NCBI GenBank assembly: GCA_030390025.1
Contig: CM059432.1
Span: 50,160,001 to 50,224,000, forward strand
DNA length: 64,000 nucleotides
DNA from: Squalus acanthias
Lineage: Eukaryota
Direction of reading: 5' to 3'
Under the pieces are notes generated by a model. It was not told the DNA's origin. It did not search any database and worked only from the letters and a program-made list of their open reading frames with translations. This document shows, piece after piece, positions 1 through 12,896 of this stretch. Numbering within the stretch: the first letter of the stretch is position 1; every line of letters begins with the position of its first letter. The position numbers were made by a program, and so were the translations under genes.

Positions 1-225
1 GGAAAAGGGGGAGGGGATAAAGGAACAAAGGGGGAGATGAAGAGACATTAAGAGATATGCAAGGCTAGAGGTGGTGTTAATGTGACAGATTAAGGCTGAA
101 TGAAGTGTGAAATCCACTGGCAGAATGAAGGACAGCTGCCAGCTTCTAGGAGGGAAAAAAAAAGGTGGGGGGGGGACAAATAAAAGGGTGGATAAAATAA
201 AATATAAATGTGATTGGAGCTGAGG

Positions 226-2501
226 TTATGATCTAAAATTGTTGAACTCGATATTGAGTCCAGAGGGCTGTAGCATGCCTAAACGAAAGATGAGGTGCTG
301 TTCCTCGAGCTTACGCTGAGCTTCCGTGGAACAGTGTAATAGGCCGAGGACGGTGAGGTCAGAGTGGGAGTGAAGCGGTGAATTAAAGTGACAGGCCACC
401 GGGAGCTCGGGGTCCCCCTTACGGACTGAACGGAGGTGTTCCGCAAAGCGGTCACCCAATCTGCGTTTGGTCTCCCCAATGTAGAGGAGTCCACATCGTG
501 AGCAGCGAATACAGTATACTAAATTGCAGGAAGTACAAGTAAATCGCTGTTTCACCTGGAAGGGGTGTTTGGGGCCCTGGACAGTGGGAAGAGGGGAGGT
601 ATAAGGGCATGTGTTGCATCTCCTGCGCGTGCACGGGAAGGTGCCGGGCGAAGGGGAAGGGGTGCTGGGGGTGGTAGAGGAGTGGACTAGGGTGTCGCGG
701 AGGGAACGGTCCCTACGGAATGCTGAAAGGGGAGGTGAGGGGAAGATGTGTTTGGTGGTGGGATCACGCTGGAGGTGGCGGAAATGGCGGAGGATGATCC
801 GTTGAATGTGGAGGCTGGTGGGGTGAAAGGTGAGGACAAGGGGAACCCTATCGTGGTTCCGGGAGGGAGGGGCAGGGGTGAGGGCAGATGTGCGGGAGAT
901 GGAACGGACACGGTCGAGGGCCGTGTCGACCACGGTAGAGGGGAATCCTCGGTTGAGGAAAAAGGAAGACATGTCGGAAGCACTGGTATGGAAAGTGGCA
1001 TCATCAGAGCAGATGCGGCGGAGACGGAGAAACTGGGAGAATGGAATAGAGTCCTTACAGGAGGCGGGGTGGGAGGAAGTGTAGTCCAGGTAGCTGTGGG
1101 AGTCGGTGGGCTTGTAGTGAATGTTAGTCAATAACCTATCCCCAGAGATGGAGATGGAGAAGTCGAGGAAGGGAAGGGAAGAGTCGGAGATGGACCATGT
1201 GAAGGTGAGGGAAGGGTGGAAATTGGAAGCATAGTGAATGAAATGTTCTAGTTCAGGGCGAGAGCAGGAGACGGCACCGATACAGTCATCAATGTACCGG
1301 AAAAAGAGGTGAGGGAGGGGACCCGAGTAGGACTGGAACAAAGAGTGTTCCACATATCCCACGAAAAGGCAGGCATAGCTAGGACCCATGCGGGTACCCA
1401 TAGCAACACCTTTAATTTGGAGGAAATGGGTAGAGTCAAAGGAGAAGTTGTTCAATGTGAGAACAAGTTCAGCCAGGCGGAGGAGGGTGGTGGTGGATGG
1501 GGACTGGTTGGGCCTCTGTTCAAGGAAGAAGCGGAGCGCCCTCAGGCCATCCTGGTGGGGAATGGAGGTGTAGAGGGATTGTACGTCCATAGTGAAGAGG
1601 AGACGGTTGGGGCCGGGAAACTGGAAACTGTTAAAATGGCGGAGGGCATCGGAAGAGTCGCGGATGTAGGTGAAAAGAGACTGGACAAGGGGAGAAAAAA
1701 TAGAGTCGAGATAGGAAGAGATAAGTTCCGTGGGGCAAGAACAGGCTGAAATGATGGGTCTACCGGGGCAGTCCTGTTTGTGGATCTTGGGAAGGAGGTA
1801 GAAGCGGGCTGTGCGGGGTTGGGGAACTATGAGGTTGGCGGCCGTGGGGGGAAGATCTCCAGAGGAGATGAGGTCAGTGACAGTCTTGGACACGGTGGCT
1901 TGATGTTCGGTAGTGGGGTCATGGTCCAGGTGGAGGTAGGAGGAGGTGTCAGAGAGTTGGCGTTCAACTTCCGCTAGGTAGAGGTCGGTTCGCCAAACAA
2001 CAACAGCGTCACCCTTGTCAGCAGGTTTAATGACAATATCAGGGTTGGATCGGAGAGAATGGAGTGCTGCAAGTTCAGAGGGAGGTAGGTTGGAGTGAGT
2101 GAGGAGAGCAGAGAAATTGAGCTGGCCGATGTCACGGCGGCAGTTAGCAATGAAAAGATCAAGAGAGGGTAAGAGGCCAGAGGGAGGGGTCCAGGCGGAA
2201 CGAGAATTCTGAAAGCGGGAGAAAGGGTCAGCCGTGCGGGGGGAAGACTCCTGGCCAGAGAAGTGGGCACGGAGACGGAGGCGGCGGAAAAAGAGCTCAG
2301 CATCGTGCCGAGCTCGAAATTCATTGAGATGGGGGCGTAAGGGGATGAAGCTCAGGCCTTTGCTGAGGACTGATCGTTCGGAGTCAGAGAGGGGAAGGTC
2401 AGAGGGGATAGTGAAAACGCGGCAGGGGGTGAGATTGGGAGAAGGGGGGTCAGAGGAAAGTGAAGGGGAAGGAGGTTCCGGAGGGGCTTTAGTGTCCAAG
2501 A
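226..2501 (-). CDS. Penelope-like element (Neptune-type) RT + GIY-YIG endonuclease ORF, 5'-truncated but uninterrupted
   Basis: Motifs in the 226..2622 ORF: IVIKPADKG, PKIHK..GRPIIS, MDVQSLYTSIP, GVAMGTRMGPSYA, FRYIDD, linker CTRRRCNTC, LVYCIRCSRC..YIGET, two His, and the C-terminal GLN. The first ~40 aa of the tracked ORF belong to the host CR1 (junction ~2501). Bases 1-225 are probably the element's 3' non-coding/pLTR region. Confidence 0.93.
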
Positions 2502-3215
2502 GTCTATCCAATGTTCTATACAAGTTTAACATAACTTCTTTGCTTTGCAAGTCTATCCCTCTAGAATTGAACCCCAGTGCTTTGTTTGCTTTTTTAATGG
2601 CCTTATTAACCTGCTTAGGCACTATATAAATACAAGTTGTTGTTGTTGTTGTTGCTTAGCTACTTTTCGTGATTTGTGTATCTGTACCCCCAGATCCTGC
2701 TGCTCCTCTACCCCATTTAAATACTTTTTCCAAGGAGTGTCTGGTCTCCTTATTCTTCCTTCCAAAATGTACCACCTCACACTTCTCTATATTGAAGTTC
2801 ATTTGCCAATTACACGCCCATTCTGCAAGTTTATTAAAGTCTTCCTGTATTTTGTCACAGTCCTCCTCTGTATTAACTATACCCCTCAATTTGGTGTTGT
2901 CCGCAAATTTTGAAATTGTACTTCCAATTCCCGAGTCCAAATCATTTATATAAATGGTGAACAACAGTGGTCCCAGCACCGATCCCTGTGGAACACCACT
3001 TCCCACCTTTTGCCAGTCTGAAGAACTACCTTTAACCCCTACTCTCTGTTTTCTGTTTTGTAGCTAGCTTGCTCTCCATTCTGCTACTTGTCCCCTGACT
3101 CCACATGTTCTGACCTTAGTCACGAGTCTACCTTATCAAAGTGCTTTTGAAAATCCAAATATATTGCGTCGATGGAATTACCCTTGTCTACCCTTTCTGT
3201 TACTTCTTCAAAGAA
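2502..3215 (-). mobile_element. CR1 LINE ORF2 (RT) fragment
   Basis: [26 protein letters not shown] and KANKALGF motifs; similar to the CR1 at 26906-28203. Confidence 0.9.
2619..2652 (+). mobile_element. 34-bp L2/DeuSINE-type 3' tail insertion
   Basis: GCACTATATAAATACAAG(TTG)n flanked by a TGCTTAG duplication (2612-2618 and 2653-2659); same tail as the L2 end near 6415-6445. Confidence 0.7.
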
Positions 3216-3479
3216 TTGGGTTGGGGTCATGTTTGAAATTTTTTCAAATTTTTACTTCTCACCCAACCCAAACCCACCTGTTCTTGGGCTTTAAAATTAC
3301 CCCTGACATTTCTGGGATTGTTGACCAGCTAACAATGCTACAGCAAACGTGGGATTCTGTTTGATCGTATGAATGTTGTGCCCAGGACCTGGCATATTTA
3401 CATTGAAATGCCGATTCAGTTGTTTGATTTGAAAGAATGCCTCAAGGTAAGTCAGTTTCATTGATAAAAAGTAGCAAGG

Positions 3480-3825
3480 TAAACTAGTAGACATAGAGAA
3501 AATGTTTCCACCATTGAGGGAGTCCAAAACTAGGGGCCATAAATATAAGATAGTCACTAGTCAATCCAATAAGGAATTCAGGAGAAACTTCTTTTCTCAG
3601 AGAGTCGTGAAAATGTGGAGCTCGGTACCACATGAAGTGGTTGAGGCGAATAGCATTGATGCATTTAACAGGAAGCTAGATAAGTACATAACAGAGAAAA
3701 GAATAGAAGGATATGTTGATAGGGTGAGATGAAGCAAGGTAGGAGGAGGCTCGTGTGGAGCATAAACACTGCCATAGACCTGTTGGGCCGAATGGCCTGT
3801 TTCTGTGCTGTACAATTCCATGTAA
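3480..3825 (+). mobile_element. CR1 3' end fragment
   Basis: TRGHKYK..RRNFFSQRVV..W motif followed by the CR1 3' UTR (gggccgaatggcctgtttctgtgctgta). Confidence 0.85.
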
Positions 3826-3944
3826 TGGGCCATATCAGCTGTAAGAGTATCAAGAATATTTTGCTGTGCACAGAGCAAGTATCCGCCACAGGGAACTGTT
3901 AAGGAATCTTAGTCAGGTACAAATGTGATCACAAGTGGCCCAAA

Positions 3945-4315
3945 ATCATGAGGGGTCTTATCAGAGTAGATAGAGAGAAGCTGTTCCCATTGGCAGAAGG
4001 GCCGAGAACCAGAGGACACAGATTTAAGGTGATTGGCAAAAGAACCTAAGGCGATGTAAGAAAAAACTTTTTTACACAGCGAGTGGTTAAGATCTGGAAT
4101 GCACTTCCTGAAAGGGTGCTGGAGGCAGACTCAATCTTATCTTTCAAAAGGGAGTTGGATAAGTATCTGAAGGAAAAAAATTTGCAGGGCTACGGGGAAA
4201 GGGTGGGGGAGTGGGACTAGCTGAGGTGCTCTTGCAGAGAGCCGGCACGGACTCGATGGGCCAAATGGCCTTCTTCTGTGCTGTAACCATTCTATGTGTC
4301 TATGATTCTATGATT
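3945..4315 (+). mobile_element. CR1 3' end fragment
   Basis: Encodes RTRGHRFK and FFTQRVV; the 3' UTR ends in (ttctatga)n. Confidence 0.85.
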
Positions 4316-4639
4316 TTAATTCAGTTATTTCAGTAAATTAAGGTGGAACTGTTTCCTCTCTCACCTACTGGCATGTAGATATAATGGCACAGGCAAAAAT
4401 GTGGTCCTTGGAAGGGTACCAAAGTGCATGCATGTCTATCAGAATCCAGAGGAACCATATAGTAGGGGGACTGAATCAAGCTGCAATTGAGGGTGATAAG
4501 ATAAAGATAAGAGCAAAGAAGCAGACATCCTAGCACAGACAGAAGGTTGAAGCCATCCATGGCCATGGCACTGTGCATAGAATAAATGCCGATTCTTTCT
4601 TTGCAGGAGAAGCTGACCTTCAATAGGGAACAGTGCAAA

Positions 4640-4793
4640 AGCACTGGCCAATCATTCCCTCTCCCCGCCCTTGAGGCACTGAGGTCAGTTGTAGCACCCC
4701 CACTGTTACCCCAGTTCAGATCATTGATTGAACCTGGGACCTTCTTGGTCTGTTTGAATCAGTGCTTTTGGCCATTGAACCATCAGGGGAGCT
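4640..4793 (-). mobile_element. Old tRNA-derived SINE head
   Basis: The minus strand reads agctcccctgaTGGTTCAATGG ... GGTTCAATC (A- and B-box-like); degenerate. Confidence 0.4.
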
Positions 4794-6013
4794 CTAAAGA
4801 ACATCTCTAAATGTTAAATGAAGAAAACAGAAGGAAAGCAGAAAGCTAATGGAAGCTGGCAGATTTCACATCAAACCTGTGCACTTGTGTCCGATTTATC
4901 TCTGAAACATTGGCTTGTATGCTACCAATGAAATGGTGGCGTTACATTGTATATTAAGGAATGAATAGTTTAGTCTCCATCTGTCAAGTCTAGCTTAAGA
5001 ATGCTGTCTAGTTACACTTACGAAATGGCAAACCTTCACCACTATTAAAGGGCAGCTTCATCCTAATATATCATTATGGATAAGCTGAAAGGTCACTTGC
5101 TGTTGTAAATCGATGTTACCCAAACCCAAATGAGCACAGCTGCTGCAGAAAAACTTCATCAGAGGAAAAAATCCAGAATTCAGCAGATTTTTATATTTGA
5201 AATATAAAACATTTCTTCTGTATAAATGTTCTCGCTGTTTTGAAGCTACTGCTTGGGGCTAGACAAAAAACATGTTGGGGTTGAATTTGTCCTCTTAATG
5301 CCCTGATTTGGGATGGCAGCGGCCAGGAAATCCAGCGGAAACAAGTTTTGCCAGGGCCCCACTGAATCTTCGGGTCGGGCCTGGGATGGGCATATGAAGC
5401 TCTCATTTGAAGCAGGCCTTAATTATGTAAAAGGGGGCAGGGAAGGGCACAGCCCCATTTACCACCCTGTGGGTGTGGTGGAGGCCAAGTTCACAGTTCT
5501 CCCAGTGAAACCTGGCAGGAAGGAAGCCTTGGGCAGGAGGGCCATTAAAAGGCCTGCAGATTTTAGAGGTGAGGGTTTCTGCAGATTTTACAGGTAATGG
5601 CTCTTCTTGTATTTTTATTTTGTTAATTTCCAGGTGGCGCTTAGGCTTTCATAAGCCCTTGTGTCACATGTAATTACTTCTTTTTTGTGCTGAGCTCCCT
5701 TTATTGGCATCAGAGGGTTTGTCAATAAGGATCTTCTGAGCTGACATATTCAGAGGAAGAGGAGGAGTTGTGGAGGGTTAACTGGCAGGCTGCCTGAACA
5801 TTGCAGGGAGAGGTAGAATACCTTATTTTGGCAGACGCTGTATTAGTAGAGGCTCTCTTCCCAAAGGAAGCTGTGCCAGTAGACCTCGAGTGGCATCACA
5901 ATCAAATGTGAATGCCTGGGAAATTATTCTGCTGGAGGATTTCTTCAGAAGTACTCGAATCACAACATGTCATAGTACCACATGAAAGAAGGCATGCCAG
6001 GTGATTAGGCGCC

Positions 6014-6445
6014 AGTGTTGCCGGTTAAGCGATGCCTCGATTTTAAAATTCTCATCCTTGTTTTCAAATCCCTCCATGGCCTCGCCCCTCCCTATCTCTG
6101 TAATCTCCTTCAGCCCCACAACCCTCCCAGATCTCTGCACTCCCCTAATTCTGGCCTCTTGAGCAGCCCCGATTTTAATTGCTCCGCTATTGGTGGCCGT
6201 GCCTTCAGCTGCCAAGGCCCTAAGCTATGGAATTTGCTCTCTAAATCTCTCCGAGAACTCTACCTCCCTTTCCTCCTTTAAGACGCTCTTAAAACCGACC
6301 TCTTTGACCAAGCTTTTGGTCAGCTGCCCTAATATCTCCTTCGGTGGCTCGATGTCAAATTTTGTTTGATAATGCTCCTGTGAAGCGTCTTGGGATGTTT
6401 TACTACGTTAAAGATGCTATATAAATATAAGTTGTTGTTGTTGCT
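6014..6445 (+). mobile_element. L2 LINE 3' end
   Basis: LPVKRCLDFKILILVFKSLHGLAPPYL..GGRAFS..LWN; tail gctatataaatataag(ttg)n. Confidence 0.85.
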
Positions 6446-6728
6446 GTTTGCTGCACATGCCAAGATGCCACCAACCATACCCTGGCAAACTTACCTGAGA
6501 ATGTCCGTGGGAACCTATCTGCTCAGGGCTGGTAGAGGGGCAGACGCTAAGCTGTGCCACCAGTTGTAAGGACACCTGCAACTATCACGCAGCAGAGGGC
6601 TGTCGCATGCAGGGACAGTAATAGCCAGCTGAGGCCTGAAACTTGGCTGCACCTCCTTGCAGGCATGTTGTAATGCTGACCTATGGGATTGTGCCTTGGT
6701 AGTGGCACAGAGGGAAAACCTCGTAACC

Positions 6729-7045
6729 ACACTCTGGTGCTTATTTTTTAAGCCCCATTCTGCTATTTGTTTTTTTATAATTCTCGCTTCCAGTGTTTGC
6801 TTCTAAGTCCCACTTGTGGTGTTTGTTTTTCTCACTCCCGCTCCGGTGCTTATATTTTTAAGTCTCACTCTGGTGTGCTTTTTAAGACCTATTCCTGCTC
6901 TGGTGTTGCTGCTTTTTCTATGTCCTACTCCATTGGAGTTTCTTAAGTCCCATTCTTTATGCTTGTTTGCCCTGCTTTTTTAAAAAGCCCCAATGCCCCT
7001 GTTTCTTTTAAAACTTCACCCCCAACTCTTTTTAAAGTCCTGCTC
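6729..7045. repeat. Degenerate tandem repeat (~30-35 bp unit, CACTCTGGTG..TTTTTAAGTCC)
   Basis: Several imperfect copies visible; may be the 5' UTR of a LINE. Confidence 0.4.
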
Positions 7046-7744
7046 CTTGGCTGATTGAGATTCTGTTCAGCTTCCTCATCTACCCCGTGCTGCTCCTTAC
7101 ATGGGAACTCCCAGCCTGTAGGAAATAAAGTGAAAGGAAATCTGTTGAAAACGCAAAACGTTCAGAGATTTAAAAAAAGATTAAAGCGGGACTAAGTGAA
7201 GGATGAGAGGGAGATACATTTGAGGAAGGAGACAGACAGAAGTGAGGAAGAGAGCTAGAAACTGATATGAAGCGATAAGGGCGAGATACAGAAGTGAAGC
7301 AGGAGTCTGAAAGAAACACAAATGCCGGAGGACAGCAAAATATTGAAGGAAGAGAGTACTAGAAACAAAGATGCAGGAAGGGCATGAGAGGCTGAGAGCT
7401 TTTGGTGGGACTCAGCAAAAAAAGTATTGCTAGACTCTGAATCAGATAGTTTTGTTCTAATATATTGGCAAGAATATATTGACCCAGCTTGTAGGTGGAG
7501 CATGCATGTGGGCAGCCTCCGTGTCCCTACCATCACCTTTTCAACGTTTCCGCCAATGTGTGTATGTTTGTCAAATTCTGTCTTTGCCGATCAGCTGGCC
7601 AGCCACCACGGTAAGTGCTTTAAACAACTTAAAGCTGATTCCAGGCACTTCATTTGCTCACATTTTATCTTGGCAAGATATTAATAAAGCAAAACTCAAC
7701 AGCTTTGCAACTTACCAATCAAAATCAGAATACAAATAATCAAT

Positions 7745-8581
7745 GCCTAGTACAAAGGAAGATGGTTGTGGTTGTTGGAGGCCAATCATCTCAGCCCCAG
7801 GACATCGCTGCAGGAGTTTGTCCAGGCAGTGTCCTCAGCCCAATTATCTTCAGCTGCTTCATCAATGACCTTCCCTCCATCATAAGGCCAGATGTGGGGC
7901 TGTTCGCTGATGATTGCACAGTGTTCAGCTCCATTCACAATTCCTCAGATAATGAAGCAGTCTATGCCTGCATACAACAAGACCTGAACAACATCCAGGC
8001 TTGGGCTGATAAATGGCAATTAACATTTGCGCCACACAAGTGCCGGGCAATGACCATCTCCAATAAGAAAGCGTCTAACCCACCTCCCCTTGAAATTCAA
8101 TTAGCCTTATCATCACAGAATCTCCAACCATCAACATCCAGAACAAAGCAGCCCACTTGATTGGCACCCCATCCACCACCTCAAACATTCACTCCCTCCA
8201 CCACCGGCGTACCGTGGCTGCAGTGTGTACCATCTACAAGATGCACTGCAGCAACTCGCCAAAGCCTTCTTCGACAACACCTCCCAAACCTGCAACCTCT
8301 ACTACCTAGAACGACAAGGGCATCAGGTGCATGGGAACCCCACCACCTCCAAGCCATACACCATCCTGACTTGGAAATATAGCGCCGTTCCTTCATTGTC
8401 ACTGGGTCAAAATCCTGGAACTCCCTCCCTAACAGCACTGTGGGAGTACCTTCACCACACGGTCTGCAGTGGTTCAAGAAGTTGGCTCACCACCACCTTT
8501 TCAAGGGCAATTAGGGATGGGCAATAAATTCTGGCCTTGCCAGCGACGCCCACATTCCATGAATGAATGAATAAAAAAAAA
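7745..8581 (+). mobile_element. 3' part of the single-ORF LINE family seen at 60890 (with internal deletion)
   Basis: GVCPGSVLSP, GLFADDCT; 3' end gggcaattagggatgggcaataaa..cacattccatgaatgaat-polyA, shared with the copies at 55103 and 60890. Confidence 0.85.
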
Positions 8582-9624
8582 CTGGGGGTGGTTATCACCA
8601 TTGATATATGTACCTTCCCCCACCCTCGCACAATCCTGTCCCCTCCCCTTGCAACAGCTTAATTCTGACTCACTGTAAGCAAAGCTATAGGAGATCTGTT
8701 AATAGTACAAAATAATGAAAATATTGGATTAGCTGAATATTCTTGGCGCTAAATAATTTACCACTGATTTTCAGGGCTTTTGCCCCTAATTTTCTAGTTC
8801 ACAAGGCAAGAGATATCTGCAGACCTTTAAACATCAAAAAAACAGCAGCAGTGCATCTTTCAGCCAGTTGAGGGCTCTTGCTTTGTATATAGTACTTTGT
8901 AATGTCATTCAAATAGTTTCCTAATAGTGCGTAGGTAATAACAAAGATGAGTATTGATTCTGCTTTCTCATTGAGAAACTAACTATAAACATTAACACCC
9001 ATTCCACCTACTGTACAACCCAGCCATAATATTATGAAGCACATAGATTGTATTTCTATTAAAAAATTGAACATCATCCAATTAACCAGTCATGGGTTTA
9101 TGACAACTTGCCACAAATCTGCACTGGATTTAAGGGATGGAAGTCTCTCTAGTGAAACTTCAAGACAGCAGATTTGTGGACAGTTTCTTGAGGAAAATAA
9201 AACTACTTTGATCAAAGTGCATGCTGTTTTATTTCCTTTAGGTAATGATTGTGGCTTGTTTCATTAGGCACTGTTCATTCTGTATGGACAATGCTTAAAA
9301 GAAGATAATGTTGAAATAGTAGTCATGTTATAGTTACATTGAACATACAGATAAACAGAGGGTATACCATGGCCAGTAGTGTGGCATAATAACTACTAGC
9401 ACAAGTAAAGCTGACTGAATAGCTCATGAAGAATGGAACAGTTTATCATGTCTTCTATCACGTCTTCTACTTACAACACTTGAAGTATTTTTAAACCAGA
9501 AAAAAAGTTAATGTAATCAATATTGTTGTAGCTATTCCTCAGATTGCGTATTCTGCACACAGTCAGTTTTATTGTCGTCTGTGCATACATCAGATTTTTT
9601 TTCCTAAACATTCTGAAATACTTT

Positions 9625-10491
9625 GGGCTGGATTTTACTTACCGAGATGAGTTGGGGGCGGGACTGCTGCCTTCCGGATTCTAGTCCCGCCCCCAGCGAC
9701 GTCCGATGCACAGACGCTATTTTCCCCTGATTGGCCTTGTTAAGCCCGCCCTGCGGGCTTGCTGACCAATTAAGGGAAAGTCGGTGTCAGATGACGTCAG
9801 TTGATGACGCCTCATCTGCCGGTTTTCTTAAAGGGACATGAAACATTTATTTTTGACAGATGATATGACAGTGTTTGACAGCATTGAGGTGCTGTCAAAC
9901 ACTGACAATCACTGTACAAAGGTGAGCCCTTGTACCTAAGCTCTCCAATGACTCTCTCCTTAGGATAAAACAGATGGCAGCTGCAGGTGAGGGTACAGAA
10001 GCAATCTGTCACTTCTCCCAATGAGGTGAGGCCACACAAACACTTCCAAGCTTGTCACCTACAGAAAAATCTAAACACATTAAAAATGACTTTCCCAACA
10101 TTTCCTTACCTCTGATACTCACCAGTGTCCCACTGCATCCTTCACACCACTCCTGCAGCTGTCATCTATACACAAACATTACAACAGACCCACAGCACGC
10201 CTCACTTACCCTGGCGGGGTTCCCTGACGTCGGGAAGCCCGCAGCAGAAGTCGCAAAATGGGAAAAAGCCTCTTAACTGCCTGTTAACTACCTGTTAACA
10301 GGCAGTTAAGTGGCTATAATCCTCTTCCCACCACTAGGAGTCGGGTCCCTGCGCAAATCGGGGACCTGACTCCTGGGATGATTGGTTGGAGGCGGGTTGG
10401 GAGCGGGTTCGGGATCCGCTCCCATTCTTTTTGATTTTCCCAGCAGTCCCGCCTCCAACCCCACCTCCTCAGGGCTGGTAAAATCCAGCCC
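9625..10491. mobile_element. Non-autonomous Harbinger-type element (MITE)
   Basis: Perfect 14-bp TIR GGGCTGGATTTTAC/GTAAAATCCAGCCC; homologous to 28229-29795 (inverted) and 39024-39785. Confidence 0.8.
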
Positions 10492-11109
10492 ATCGAGTGC
10501 ACTCTTGTAAGCTCAATCATGTCGTAGGTACCGAGCTACCAATAAATACTGTTCAGCAATGCCTGGTTGATTTAGATGCAACTGCACTCTTGGATACAGC
10601 AATTAAATCCTCTGAAAATAATTTTTGCTTTTCAAATATGGTTAATATTGGTAAGATTGCTGCTAAATTTGTTGTAATTTAAAAAAACATGTATTTAACT
10701 TGTATTATCAATACAAGCAATAGATTCCACTGTGTCATTCAATTAAATAAATCCTGATACCAGCGTTTGTCAAATAATCTGGTTTAATATCAAAGCATGT
10801 AGTATATCATTACTAGAGCTATATAAGTTTACAGGAAGACATTTCTAATATCTTTTCTGAGCCAGCCTTTGCAGAGCAATCTAAAACTAATTCCACTGTC
10901 CTGCTCTCTACTCATAAACCTGGATCTTCCTCTGATTCAAATATTTATCCAATGTTCTCTGAACAGATGCACACTGGGAATTTCCTTGGGCCTTCTCCCA
11001 CTCCAGTGTGGAAACCCTGTTTACTCACACAAACGGGATTCCTGTCAAACTTCTGCCAAAGTTGCAGCGGGGGAGCAGAAGAAGCCCTGAGGAAATTGCT
11101 TGCAGCAAT

Positions 11110-12896
11110 GGTCTCTCTCTCAAATACTCCCTGTGGTAGAGCAGTCCATCTTCTAACAACTCTCTGTGTAGAGAAATTTCTCCTAACCTCTCTTCTCAGT
11201 CTCAGTGATAATTTTAAATTGATGATTCCACATCAGGAAGGTTTTCTCTATTCACTTTTTATAAGTTTAAAAACCTCACTTAAATATCCTCTTAAACGTA
11301 TCTGCTCCAGTAGAAATAGACGCTCTTCATAACTATATTCCCCATCACTGGCACCATCCTGCTGAATCTACAGTTGTGCTCTTTATGTCCTTCCTATAAT
11401 GGGGCACTGAGAACCGCACACAGTATTCTAGCTATGGCTTAACCAATGTTTTCATAATATCATACAGGACAAAAGGAGTCCATTTGGCCCATCGTGCCTG
11501 TGCCGACTCTTTGGTATAGTTGTCAAATTAATCTCACTCCCTTGCTCTTTCCCCATATTCCTGTATTTTTTTCCCTTCAAGTATTTATCCAATTCCCTTT
11601 TGAAAGTTATTATTGAAACTGCTTCCACCACCCTTTCAGGCAGTGCATTCCAGATCATAACAATTCAATAAGTCAAAAAATATTTCCTCATTTCCTCTGG
11701 TTCTTTTGCCAATCACCTTAAATCTGTGTCCTCTGGTTACTGACACTTCTGCCACTGGAAACAGTTTCTCCTTATTTACTCTATCAAAAAGGTTCATAAT
11801 TTTGAACACTTCTATCAAATCTCCTCTTAACCTTCTTTGCTCTAAGGAGAACAACACCAAATACTCTAGTCTCTCCACATAACTGAAGTCCCTCATCTCT
11901 GGTACCATTCTAGTAAATCGCTTCTGCACCATCTCTAAGGCCTTAACATCCTTCCTAAAGTGTGGTGCTCAGAACTGAACAAAATACTCCAACTGAGGCC
12001 GAACCAGTGTTTTATAAAAGTTTAGCATAACTTCCTTTCTTTTGTACTCAATGTCTATATTAATAAAGCCAAGGATCTCATGTGCTTTTTTTAACAGCCT
12101 TCTCAACTTGTCCTGCCACCTTCAAAGATTTATATACATACACCCCAGGTCTCTCTGTTCCTACATCCACTTTAAAATTGTACCATTTAGTTTATATTGC
12201 CTCTCTTCATTCATCCTACCAAAATGTATCACTTCACACATCTCTGCAGTAAATTTCATCTGCCATGTGTCTGCCCATTTCGCCAGTCTGTCTATGTCCA
12301 CCTGAAGTCTGTTACTATCCTCCACATTCTGTATAAATTTATGATCATTTCTTTACTCTTTGCCCCTATTTATAAAATCCAAAATTATATTGGCCTTTTT
12401 ATAGCTTTATCTACTTAAACTTTCAGGGAATTATGTATATGAACTCCTCGATACCTCAGTTCATCCATCTCCTACAGTGCCTTTCAATTAAGTATATACT
12501 TGTATTTCTTGTTATCTCTTAAAATTTATTACCTTAAACTTAAATTGCATCTGTCACCTGTCTCCCTATTCCATGAACCTGTCTAAATCTGCCTGACGAC
12601 TTTCACAGTATTCCTCACTGTCTGCCAAACCTCCTATTTTTGTGTCATCAGCAAATTCCAAGTCCAAATTATCTATATCATAGAATCATAGAATCTTACA
12701 GCACAGAAGACGTCCATTTGTCTCATTGAGCCTGTGCCGGCTCTTTGAAGGAGCTCTCCAATTAGTCTCACTCCCCTGCTCTTTCCCCATAGACCTGCAA
12801 TTTTCTCCCCTTCAAGTATTTATCCAATTCCCTTCTGAAAGTTACAATTGAATCTGCTTCCACCACCCTTTCTGGCAATGCATTCCAGATCATAAT
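11110..12896 (-). mobile_element. Stack of CR1 3' fragments (older copy interrupted by younger ones)
   Basis: VQKRFTRMVPEMRDFSY..RRLRGDLIEVFK; CR1 3' UTRs begin at ~11455 and ~12678. Confidence 0.8.

Noticed and set aside
226..2622. 798-aa ORF as a genuine CR1-Penelope fusion protein
   Set aside because: The first ~40 aa are host CR1 that happens to be in frame, and the tracked start is a GTG contributed by the L2-tail insertion.
611..2629. Plus-strand ORFs over the Penelope element, and most other short ORFs in the track
   Set aside because: Antisense or alternative frames of TE sequence with no recognisable domains.
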